DNA of 64,000 nucleotides from a virus (taxonomy: Duplodnaviria > Caudoviricetes), in IMG/VR virus record IMGVR_UViG_3300032307_000764, positions 160,001 through 224,000 of that record, one strand, 5' to 3'. The notes under the pieces were generated by a model. The model saw nothing but the letters and a program-made list of their open reading frames with translations. It was not told the DNA's origin and did no database searches. A program made the position numbers and the translations under genes. Numbering within the stretch: the stretch's first letter is position 1; each line of letters begins with the position of its first letter. This document shows, one piece after another, positions 55,828-63,825 of this stretch.

Positions 55828-56186
55828 TGGCTCTAAATTACGATCTAAGAGAAATTAATGGGTATAAAAGAAGAGTATTCTCCACTGTTAAATCAGAATC
55901 AGGAGAAATCCAATACAAAATGAAATCTGTTCCCCAGACTATCGTGTTCCTTACCATGACAGTAGGGATGAGAGAAATAACAGAAAAAAACTGGGAGAGA
56001 TTTTACAATAGGGCTCATCTTATTGAGACTATACATGGAAGTTTCTACTTCGTAACAAAAAGAGGAAAATTGGTTCCGAAATATATTTCTAAGGATGATA
56101 TCAAATCTATGATAGGTCTAAAAACCAATGCTTCCGAATTAACTACGAAGCAATTTATGAAAAGATTCGATTCACACCAGATATAA
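55827..56186 (+). CDS. Hypothetical protein
   Basis: 119 aa, coupled to the upstream gene. Confidence 0.7.
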   Translation: MALNYDLREINGYKRRVFSTVKSESGEIQYKMKSVPQTIVFLTMTVGMREITEKNWERFYNRAHLIETIHGSFYFVTKRGKLVPKYISKDDIKSMIGLKTNASELTTKQFMKRFDSHQI

Positions 56187-56188
56187 TT

Positions 56189-56542
56189 ATGCGTAACGAG
56201 AAGGGACAATTTATTAAAGGTCTATCTCCCTGGAATAAGGGTAAAAAAGGATTTAATCCTAGCCCTGATACACAATTTACATCTGGTGATCACCACACGG
56301 GGGAAACACACAACAGCTGGAAAGGTGGTGTTCAGGTAATGAAAAAAGACTGTGTACATCTATGGGATGGTACAGGTAAAAGAGCAAGAAGACCAAGGGT
56401 TGTTTATGAAATGTATCATGGCCCAATCCCTAAGGGATATGTAATAATCCACAAAGACGGAGATCATCATAACGATCACCCTTCAAATTTAATGGCTATT
56501 TCTAGATCTGAAAATCTTAAAAGAAACAGGAAAAGAATATAG
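56189..56542 (+). CDS. HNH endonuclease (HNH_3-like) with NUMOD-type N-terminus
   Basis: GQFIKG..PWNKG; VIIHKDGDHHNDHPSNL. Confidence 0.8.
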   Translation: MRNEKGQFIKGLSPWNKGKKGFNPSPDTQFTSGDHHTGETHNSWKGGVQVMKKDCVHLWDGTGKRARRPRVVYEMYHGPIPKGYVIIHKDGDHHNDHPSNLMAISRSENLKRNRKRI

Positions 56543-56605
56543 AATCATTTTTTTATGTAATTAGATTTTTCTAAATTTGCTCACTAACATTTTAAAATCT
56601 ATCAA

Positions 56606-57466
56606 ATGAGGCAATTAAAGATCACTGCATCCATAACCAGTAGAAGCGATTATTCACTCGAAAAGTATCTTAGCGATATTTCTAAAGAGGAAATGATTAA
56701 TTCTGAAGAGGAGGTTAGGCTAGCAAGAAAGATTAGAGAAGGTGATCAGGCTGCACTCGATAGATTAGTTAGAGCGAATCTAAGATTCGTGGTATCCGTT
56801 TCTAAGCAGTACCAAAATCAAGGTCTACCTCTTACAGATCTGATAAGTGAGGGAAATGTAGGATTAATTAAGGCCGCAAAAAAGTTTGATGAAACGCGAG
56901 GATTCAAATTTATTTCCTATGCCGTATGGTGGATTAGACAGTCTATACTTGAAGCATTAGCTGAAAAAGCCAGAATAGTTAGATTGCCACTAAATCAGGT
57001 AGGGGTTTTAAGTAAAATTAACAAGAGCATAACTAAGCTTGAGCAGGATCTAGAAAGACTACCATCACCCGATGAAATAGCCGAAGTCCTAGATCTTTCT
57101 GCTCATAAGGTGGAAGAATCTTTAAAGTCATACAGTAAGCACGTATCTATTGATGCTCCTTTAACCAATGATTCAGACTCTGGAAATTTAGTTGACGTAA
57201 TGTCCAATGATGGTCCGGATTCAGATTACCTTTCAATAGAAAGATCTCTAAAAATAGAGATTGATAGAAGCTTAGATACTCTAAGTCAAAAGGAAAGGGA
57301 GGTATTAAAGTTATTTTACGGAATAGATGCAACCAATCCTATATCTTTAGATGAGATAGGTACTAAACTTAGTATTTCTAGAGAGCGGGTTAGACAGATA
57401 CGTGAAAAATCAATTAAAAAATTAAGAGCAAATACTAGAAGCGGATTACTGAAATCTTACCTGTAA
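56606..57466 (+). CDS. rpoD: RNA polymerase sigma-70 factor, Bacteroidota RpoD/SigA type
   Basis: MRQLKIT..IT.R...LEKYL; NLRFVVSVSKQY; DETRGFKFISYAVWWIRQSI; SRERVRQIRE; no region 1.1. Confidence 0.95.
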   Translation: MRQLKITASITSRSDYSLEKYLSDISKEEMINSEEEVRLARKIREGDQAALDRLVRANLRFVVSVSKQYQNQGLPLTDLISEGNVGLIKAAKKFDETRGFKFISYAVWWIRQSILEALAEKARIVRLPLNQVGVLSKINKSITKLEQDLERLPSPDEIAEVLDLSAHKVEESLKSYSKHVSIDAPLTNDSDSGNLVDVMSNDGPDSDYLSIERSLKIEIDRSLDTLSQKEREVLKLFYGIDATNPISLDEIGTKLSISRERVRQIREKSIKKLRANTRSGLLKSYL

Positions 57467-57479
57467 AGGTAAATACAGT

Positions 57480-57689
57480 ATGAAGCATTTTCTTAAGTAT
57501 CTTATTGTATGGATAAGTCAAAACTTATCCATTCCTTTTTGGATTGTTGGTCATATACATCTAAGTGTTAATGTTTATGAGGATCTATACGAAATTCTAG
57601 CATCTCTTGGAATGAACATAATAGTTGCAACAGGATTTATCATAGACTATATAGACAATAAAAAGTCCACCAAAAAAGATGATATATAG
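57480..57689 (+). CDS. Small membrane protein
   Basis: Two hydrophobic segments. Confidence 0.65.
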   Translation: MKHFLKYLIVWISQNLSIPFWIVGHIHLSVNVYEDLYEILASLGMNIIVATGFIIDYIDNKKSTKKDDI

Positions 57690-57711
57690 CTTATATTATT
57701 AAAATAGAATT

Positions 57712-59343
57712 ATGAGCAATATCGAATCTTTCCAGTCTTTTCACCTTAGAAATATGGGAATAGACTATGAGGATCTTTTTTCCTTACAAGAAAATAAATC
57801 GCAAGCAAAGTATTCATTTGAGGGATTTAAAAACTATTTTTCAGGACTTCTTTTAGAAAGTGACGGATACATTGACGAATCTCTATTAGAGGATTCATTT
57901 GCCTTCTATGAATACACTATGCTGTACGAAGCAAAGTCTCATTGGTTCGAATCTGAATCAATGAATAAAGCAATGTATCTGGACTGTGATTCACATATGA
58001 TGATCTTTACAGAGGGAGAGGGATTCTTAATCGAAAAAAGGACTTTTACTAAAATTAATGAGTGGCTTACTATGGATGATATAGGTAAAGCATGGAACTC
58101 ATTAAAAAGTAAAACTAAATCAGCAGTAGATAATATTAAATCAGTTGCAGGAAAAACTTGGGATTCTATATCTTATGGAGCTAAAAAAGCTTGGGAATTT
58201 GTAAAAATGTGTGCTAATGCAGTTGCAGATTTTGTTAAAGGTATGACATTCTTGGAATGGGCAGCTTTAGGTTTAAGCTTACTTTCTGCAGTTCTTGGTA
58301 TAGCTGGAGCAGCAACTACTGCTGTTGGAGTTGGTCCTGCACTTACTGCGATAGGTGGTGTTTGTCAAGGTATTTCTGGTGGAATTCACATTTACGAAGG
58401 GGTTCATAAGTATAATGGTGCTATTAAAATATTTGGTAAATCTGGGATTACTCCACAGGCAAAATTATATTCTGCAATATCCATAGCATTGCCTGAGGTT
58501 CTTACAGGAGGGGTTTTGATAGCATTAGGAATTAATGACGTTGTACAATCAGCTACTGGACTTGTAGATCCTTCATCAGGTTCAAGAAGTGTTGCTACTA
58601 GCACATCATCTAAAATAACCCTTAAAAGCTTTATAAAAAGTATATCTAAACCTGGACATGCTATAGAACATGCAATCCACGGATTAGCTGAAGGAGCACT
58701 AAAGAAAGCTGGTATAGAGGTTTCGAAGGTAGCGGGAGAAGGAGTAGCTAGGGTTGCAACAACAGTTTTTGCTACTATAGCTCCTGCAATAATGAGTAAA
58801 TTATTTGGATGGCTTTTCGAGTTTATGTTAAAAGCAGGTAAAACTGTAACCAAAGGATTCGATTACCTAATTAATATTCCTTCTAAAATATCTTCTGCTA
58901 TAGCTAGCTTCCAAAAGAATGCAGATTCTACTTTGACTAAAATATTGTCTACAGGACTAGGAAAGATAGTTAAGCCGATGACCGATGGAGCAAGTTCAAT
59001 TATTAAAAAATATGTCCAGCCGAATGTAAATTTTGCTAAAATTTGGATTGATCTACAGATTAAAGGATATAACGAAAATAAGAAGATTCTCGAAGAATAT
59101 AAACACGAGCTTCATACAGGTATTAAGCACGAGCATAAAAAAGAGGATAAGGTTAAACCCATTTTTAAATTAGAAAAGAAAACTGACGTCCCTAAAAGTG
59201 ATGTGGATAAATTAAATAAGCTAAACGATAAATCTAAAAACCAAGACAAATCGAAGAAAGCTAAGGTAAAAGGTAAGGTAAAAGAATCTCAAGTCTGGGA
59301 AATGAAATATATAAAAGGATTCGATAACCTAAACTTTATTTAA
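57712..59343 (+). CDS. Large late protein with Gly/Ala-rich TM hairpins (candidate internal/ejection protein)
   Basis: GATATATA at 57681; ALGLSLLSAVLGIAGAATTAVGVGPALTAIGG; tag-like segments at both ends. Confidence 0.7.
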   Translation: MSNIESFQSFHLRNMGIDYEDLFSLQENKSQAKYSFEGFKNYFSGLLLESDGYIDESLLEDSFAFYEYTMLYEAKSHWFESESMNKAMYLDCDSHMMIFTEGEGFLIEKRTFTKINEWLTMDDIGKAWNSLKSKTKSAVDNIKSVAGKTWDSISYGAKKAWEFVKMCANAVADFVKGMTFLEWAALGLSLLSAVLGIAGAATTAVGVGPALTAIGGVCQGISGGIHIYEGVHKYNGAIKIFGKSGITPQAKLYSAISIALPEVLTGGVLIALGINDVVQSATGLVDPSSGSRSVATSTSSKITLKSFIKSISKPGHAIEHAIHGLAEGALKKAGIEVSKVAGEGVARVATTVFATIAPAIMSKLFGWLFEFMLKAGKTVTKGFDYLINIPSKISSAIASFQKNADSTLTKILSTGLGKIVKPMTDGASSIIKKYVQPNVNFAKIWIDLQIKGYNENKKILEEYKHELHTGIKHEHKKEDKVKPIFKLEKKTDVPKSDVDKLNKLNDKSKNQDKSKKAKVKGKVKESQVWEMKYIKGFDNLNFI

Positions 59344-59344
59344 T

Positions 59345-59554
59345 ATGATAATTTATACCTTATCAGTAATATTAGGGACTTTAATGTTCTCTATTGGTAT
59401 TATCTTTTTTATTATATCACTATTTTCCCAAAAAGTAGAAAGGCCTTTTATCTTTCTAATCGGATGTCTCTTTTGGCCTTTTAGTCTAATTATTATCTAT
59501 GTCTACATATTTGTACATAATAAGTTCTTTTCTAAAAAATCATTTTTTTCTTAA
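59345..59554 (+). CDS. Two-TM protein
   Basis: Hydrophobic; LFWPF. Confidence 0.6.
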   Translation: MIIYTLSVILGTLMFSIGIIFFIISLFSQKVERPFIFLIGCLFWPFSLIIIYVYIFVHNKFFSKKSFFS

Positions 59555-59590
59555 GAGAATATTCTATAAATTTGTATAAAATCCAAAAAA

Positions 59591-60043
59591 ATGAATAGAA
59601 GTTCAATCTTTATCATACTACCTACATTTATTACTACTATTGTTTTAATGTCGCTTAATGCTTGTAATTCCGGAACTGAAAAAAAAGTGGATAAGCCTGA
59701 GATTATAGAAGCTAGTCACTATGCCATTTATACTCTGGAAGGATGTGAATATATTTTAGTCGGAGTTGGTAATAATAGATGGGGATCACACAAAGGAAAT
59801 TGTTCCAATCCCATACACAAAGGTCAGCATCCTAGTCCTTACGAGCTAGAATCATATGACATAGAAAAATCATTATTAGATGAGGAAAAGCATTTTGACT
59901 GTTACGTAAACAGTATAGATCTGGACCCTAAAGATGGAAAAAAGTATTGGGTGGAAACCGAATGTGGTATTCTTTTTCAGAGTGACAAGCCTTATAAAGT
60001 TGGGGATGTGCTTAAAAATTTCAAGTCAGAGAAGCACAAATAA
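59591..60043 (+). CDS. Predicted lipoprotein
   Basis: Signal peptide with LNAC lipobox; early-type promoter. Confidence 0.7.
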   Translation: MNRSSIFIILPTFITTIVLMSLNACNSGTEKKVDKPEIIEASHYAIYTLEGCEYILVGVGNNRWGSHKGNCSNPIHKGQHPSPYELESYDIEKSLLDEEKHFDCYVNSIDLDPKDGKKYWVETECGILFQSDKPYKVGDVLKNFKSEKHK

Positions 60044-60057
60044 TCCATGATATATAA

Positions 60058-60672
60058 ATGGTGAAACACATAAAACTTTTTGAAAATTTCGATAATGCTT
60101 ATAAATGGCCGGAAGCTAAATTCTGGATTGATAAGCTAGAACCAGAGGAGATATGTTTTCTTGGTCTATATTCACTAGATTCTAAGAAAGAAAAATTATT
60201 CCAATCCGAATATGAAGGACCTGATGATGCAGAATCTGACGAAAATGGATCGGGTTCTTTAGAAATGTTTTTTCAATTTCCTATAGCTAAAGGACAGGGA
60301 TATTCAACGTTGTCATGCGAAATAAGTTTCAGTGGAGATTTCACAACTTTTCATCCTGGAGATTATTATACACCTCCTGAAGGCGGTGATTATATCTTGG
60401 AAAATATAGAGACAGAATCAGCATATTATCTAGACGAGTCTGAGGATAAAGAATACGATCTTTTAGAAATGGAATACAGATCTGAGTTTATTAAAAAAAC
60501 CGATCTGATTAATATGATCGAATATTTTGCATTAAACAATATAAGCTACGGCGAGGATGAAACTGATGTAAAGAAGCCAGAAATACCTCAAGGACTACTA
60601 GAAAAGTGTGAGAATATAAGAAACCAAAATCCTGATATGCTTAAGGGCCACGGATTATTAAACAGATTTTAA
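60058..60672 (+). CDS. Tag protein MVKHIKLFENF with C-terminal LKGHGLLNRF
   Basis: GATATATA at 60049. Confidence 0.8.
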   Translation: MVKHIKLFENFDNAYKWPEAKFWIDKLEPEEICFLGLYSLDSKKEKLFQSEYEGPDDAESDENGSGSLEMFFQFPIAKGQGYSTLSCEISFSGDFTTFHPGDYYTPPEGGDYILENIETESAYYLDESEDKEYDLLEMEYRSEFIKKTDLINMIEYFALNNISYGEDETDVKKPEIPQGLLEKCENIRNQNPDMLKGHGLLNRF

Positions 60673-60721
60673 ACATTTTTCCACTATCTTAAAATAAAAA
60701 TGGAACAATCCTTATTTTTTA

Positions 60722-61027
60722 GTGTATAAAAAGCTAAAAGATATTATGAGAATTTTACTATTTTTAATCTATTTGTCCATTTCAGTTTCTGCAATTTCAC
60801 AAAGCACAATGTCTGCTGGAGGTGAAAGAATTTCTTATTACACACCAAATAGAGATACTCTATGGTTAGTAAATAAGGAAATAGGTAGACTTATTGCATC
60901 CACTTGGGAAATGAGTACAGATGTAAAAGTCAAGCCAGTGATAGTATTAGTTGAAACTCTTCCTGTCAGAAATGAGGATCTTATAGAAGCAAAATATGTG
61001 AGACCAAGAAAAAGAAAGGATCAATAA
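60722..61027 (+). CDS. Secreted hypothetical protein
   Basis: Signal-like MRILLFLIYLSISVSAIS from ATG ~60746. Confidence 0.6.
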   Translation: MYKKLKDIMRILLFLIYLSISVSAISQSTMSAGGERISYYTPNRDTLWLVNKEIGRLIASTWEMSTDVKVKPVIVLVETLPVRNEDLIEAKYVRPRKRKDQ

Positions 61028-61065
61028 TTTTTATTTTAAACCCGGATATATAAAATAAAAAAAAG

Positions 61066-61494
61066 ATGAATCACATCAAACTTTTCGAACAATTCAAAAA
61101 CGGATTATTAAAAGAAAGCGTACAAGATAATATGGTATTCGATTGGCTTCCTTATGACGCTCAAATCGATAATCCTATTCAATCGTCCATGCCCGAATCT
61201 TTGTCTTATGACGATCTTATTAAATATTGCAACGAGAATGATTGCTCAGGAGCACAAGAGGCTGGTCTTTTTATAGCTCACGTTAAAAATAATGACGGAG
61301 GTTTTACTAGATATATTGCCACATCTTTAATGCCTTTGAAATTTGACATTTCTACCTTTAGTAAGGATTTTGAAATGAAAAACGAAACTAAGGATGTAGA
61401 TCAAGCGGATCTAGATCCTACTGCTTATAAAAAAGCATCATCTCTTTTAGGAAGATCTGGTATGTTTGATTTTAAACCTAAAGATTCGGAATAA
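61066..61494 (+). CDS. Tag protein MNHIKLFEQF with KKASSLLGRSGMF near the C-terminus
   Basis: GATATATA at 61045. Confidence 0.8.
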   Translation: MNHIKLFEQFKNGLLKESVQDNMVFDWLPYDAQIDNPIQSSMPESLSYDDLIKYCNENDCSGAQEAGLFIAHVKNNDGGFTRYIATSLMPLKFDISTFSKDFEMKNETKDVDQADLDPTAYKKASSLLGRSGMFDFKPKDSE

Positions 61495-61654
61495 TAGAAA
61501 AATATAGTTATTATTAAAGCCTGGACGCTAAGCGACCGGGCTTTTTTGTGCTCTGTAGAAAAATTTTCAACTTTTTTTCAAAAAACCTTAAACTTTTTTA
61601 AAACCCCCGCATATAATATCTGTATAATATAAAAACAATTAAAAAATAAAAATT

Positions 61655-62128
61655 ATGGAAAATTTAGAAACAACGTTAACAGCAATTAGAGCTTTAAGAA
61701 ATGACAAGGGTGTAAAAGCTTGGTTAGCACCCAATGAAATTCTCTTTAGAGAGAGCGAAACAAACAGTGATATGTTTCTCACCACTTATCGAATTAGAAA
61801 CGCTTACGAGGAGCTTTTAAGCAAATTAAGAGTGGGCGAGGAAGTTACTGAAGAAAGAGATATCCTATTAATTCAAAGATTCTTTGATATGACTTTCTAT
61901 CCTCCAAGAAAAATGAGTCTTTCCGCTTGGAAAGAGGGAAGAGATCCTAAAGTGAGAATCGTCAGAGCTTATAAGGATAGAAGATGGAAAGGTAACAGAA
62001 GAAGACAACACGAGATTACCCTATTATTAGACGACGGGAAAACATATCAGATAAATCCTAATGATGTACTTAATAAGTTTTTGCACATTAGAGAAAACTT
62101 TGTTAGCCTCTTAGGATCTAATCTTTAA
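61655..62128 (+). CDS. Hypothetical protein
   Basis: 157 aa between terminators. Confidence 0.7.
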   Translation: MENLETTLTAIRALRNDKGVKAWLAPNEILFRESETNSDMFLTTYRIRNAYEELLSKLRVGEEVTEERDILLIQRFFDMTFYPPRKMSLSAWKEGRDPKVRIVRAYKDRRWKGNRRRQHEITLLLDDGKTYQINPNDVLNKFLHIRENFVSLLGSNL

Positions 62129-62226
62129 TTAAGAATATTCTCCTGAAATAATAAACCGATGCTTTAGAGCATCGGTTTTTCTTTGTTTTTATTTATTGTA
62201 AATAATTTTCGAAATATATACTTAGT

Positions 62227-62535
62227 ATGGCTAACATCAGAATAGACGGAATAGAAATAATGGAAGCAGACCTTCCAGGTAAAATGGCTTGGACCTCAGT
62301 AAGCGAGGAAATAGAAGCTCTTGGTGGAAACGGATGGAGATTACCTACTGAAAAGGAATTTGCAACTATCTATAGACTATATAAGCTAGGTATAGGAGGG
62401 TTTAAAAAGACAAAATACTGGTCAGCATCTTCTTATCTTACTGATTCCTGGTATTTCGATTTAAGCGTAGGTTATTCACCTCATGTGACTTCACAAGAGA
62501 ACCTTTTCTACGTTAGACTGGTTAGAAGCTTTTAA
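62227..62535 (+). CDS. DUF1566/Lcl-like small protein
   Basis: GWRLPTEKEF...YWSAS...YVRLVRSF. Confidence 0.8.
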   Translation: MANIRIDGIEIMEADLPGKMAWTSVSEEIEALGGNGWRLPTEKEFATIYRLYKLGIGGFKKTKYWSASSYLTDSWYFDLSVGYSPHVTSQENLFYVRLVRSF

Positions 62536-62536
62536 A

Positions 62537-62749
62537 TTATTCTTCTCTTAATCTTCTAAGTGCCTTAGAGACAGCTTTATCAAGATCCTCTGTAGATTTT
62601 CTTAGACCTACATCATGAATACTAGATAATGATCTTGCAATTCTGTTCTGCTCTAATACAACCTGATAGGAGTGATCTTTTTCTTTTCTGATGATTTCGT
62701 CTGCTATTTCTACAGCAAGCTCTTCGATGTGTTTTTCGTATGATTTCAT
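62537..62749 (-). CDS. Small helical hypothetical protein
   Basis: 70 aa, convergent with 62227. Confidence 0.6.
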   Translation of the reverse strand: MKSYEKHIEELAVEIADEIIRKEKDHSYQVVLEQNRIARSLSSIHDVGLRKSTEDLDKAVSKALRRLREE

Positions 62750-62850
62750 AATTATAATAGTTAAGATATTCTAAAATATTTCATATAACTAAAATAAAAA
62801 TACCAATTGAATATAAAATGGGAAGATCCTAAGATCTTCCCATTTTTAAA

Positions 62851-63192
62851 TTACGGCTTAATCTTATTAAAAACACTTCTCCTAATGGATTTATACCCAT
62901 GATCTTTGGGAAATAATCTCAGTTTCAAATACTGTTTCATATCTGAATAATAACTAAAGATAAGATTCAGATCGATATGTGAACTAGATTTTATCTCATT
63001 CTTATATTCGTACCACTTACCATCTTCATCCTTAGCAATTCTTAAAAAATTCCCGGACTCTGTCATAAATACGTGCTTTGATGTTTGCTCTAAATAGTTA
63101 AAACCGATTTTTACTTGTTCTTCTTTTGTTTTCATAATTTTTAATTTTAATTGTTGAATATAGATTTCGTTTTCTTCTTCTCTTGTTTTCAT
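62851..63192 (-). CDS. Hypothetical protein
   Basis: Duplicated MKT(R/K)EE starts; terminator at ~62818. Confidence 0.6.
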   Translation of the reverse strand: MKTREEENEIYIQQLKLKIMKTKEEQVKIGFNYLEQTSKHVFMTESGNFLRIAKDEDGKWYEYKNEIKSSSHIDLNLIFSYYSDMKQYLKLRLFPKDHGYKSIRRSVFNKIKP

Positions 63193-63198
63193 AATTTA

Positions 63199-63825
63199 TT
63201 ATTTTTTAATCCATTGGTAGTAACCTTCCATTACTCCATTATCGTGTCTTTCAAATAGCCCAGACCTGTAAACTGCTTCCACGTTATGCAGATTCGATCC
63301 CTGATCTTTACCTTTTTCGTCATACACCTTCCATGTATAGTAATGGTGAATGTTTGGCCTAATTGTGAGGTCATCTACTAGTTTATTCTGAAACCATGAC
63401 CACCCTTTTTCTGAGTTCTCTAATGCACGTTTCTCTCCTTCCAATTGAAATCCCTTGTGCATTTCTACCGAGTGCTCATAAGATTCTTTAGCATCCTTTA
63501 GACTGTTCTCTTCCCTTTCTTTTCTTTGAGATTCAGAATATCCCAGACTAAATTTGAATTTAGAAACGACCTCTTCCCAAGTGGGAATATTGTAAGTGCT
63601 GATCATGTCAGATACGTAGTCCCATCTGTCTATGCAGTGGATATCAACTTTATTTCCTTCGGTGCTGTAAACCCAGTTACCTTCTTCATCTAGGTAACTA
63701 TAAGGTCCGTCCCAATATCCTGCTTTTAATTCTGCAAATCTTGGAATACCCCCCTCCATTCTGATGTGTGCTTCTCCTGAAGGGTCTGCTTCTTGGAGCA
63801 TCTTAATAAATTCACTTGTTTTCAT
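63199..63825 (-). CDS. Hypothetical protein
   Basis: 208 aa. Confidence 0.75.
   Translation of the reverse strand: MKTSEFIKMLQEADPSGEAHIRMEGGIPRFAELKAGYWDGPYSYLDEEGNWVYSTEGNKVDIHCIDRWDYVSDMISTYNIPTWEEVVSKFKFSLGYSESQRKEREENSLKDAKESYEHSVEMHKGFQLEGEKRALENSEKGWSWFQNKLVDDLTIRPNIHHYYTWKVYDEKGKDQGSNLHNVEAVYRSGLFERHDNGVMEGYYQWIKK

Larger units (their letters stand above)
33772..62220. promoter_or_regulatory. Late-type promoter family GATATATA(A/G)
   Basis: Plus strand: 33772, 34474, 35190, 36950, 38286, 39711, 41113, 46165, 52930, 57681, 60049, 61045 (also 30828, 31244). Minus strand: 109-116, 39697, 44307, 54248. Variants at 40162, 44580, 62213. Mostly 1-25 nt upstream of an ATG; analogous to the T4 late box TATAAATA. 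Confidence 0.8.

Noticed and set aside
56189-56542. Group I intron around the HNH gene
   Set aside because: Flanking ORFs are intact and the HNH abuts them with no room for intron core elements; it is a free-standing gene.
3419-59000. Many antisense or overlapping track ORFs (e.g. 4008, 12874, 13046, 15945, 27012, 40250, 43236, 46681, 58404)
   Set aside because: They are shadows of longer genes with recognisable motifs and promoters on the other strand or frame.
33784-62535. Active DGR targeting the DUF1566 genes
   Set aside because: No reverse transcriptase and no near-identical TR/VR pair differing at adenines seen in this window.
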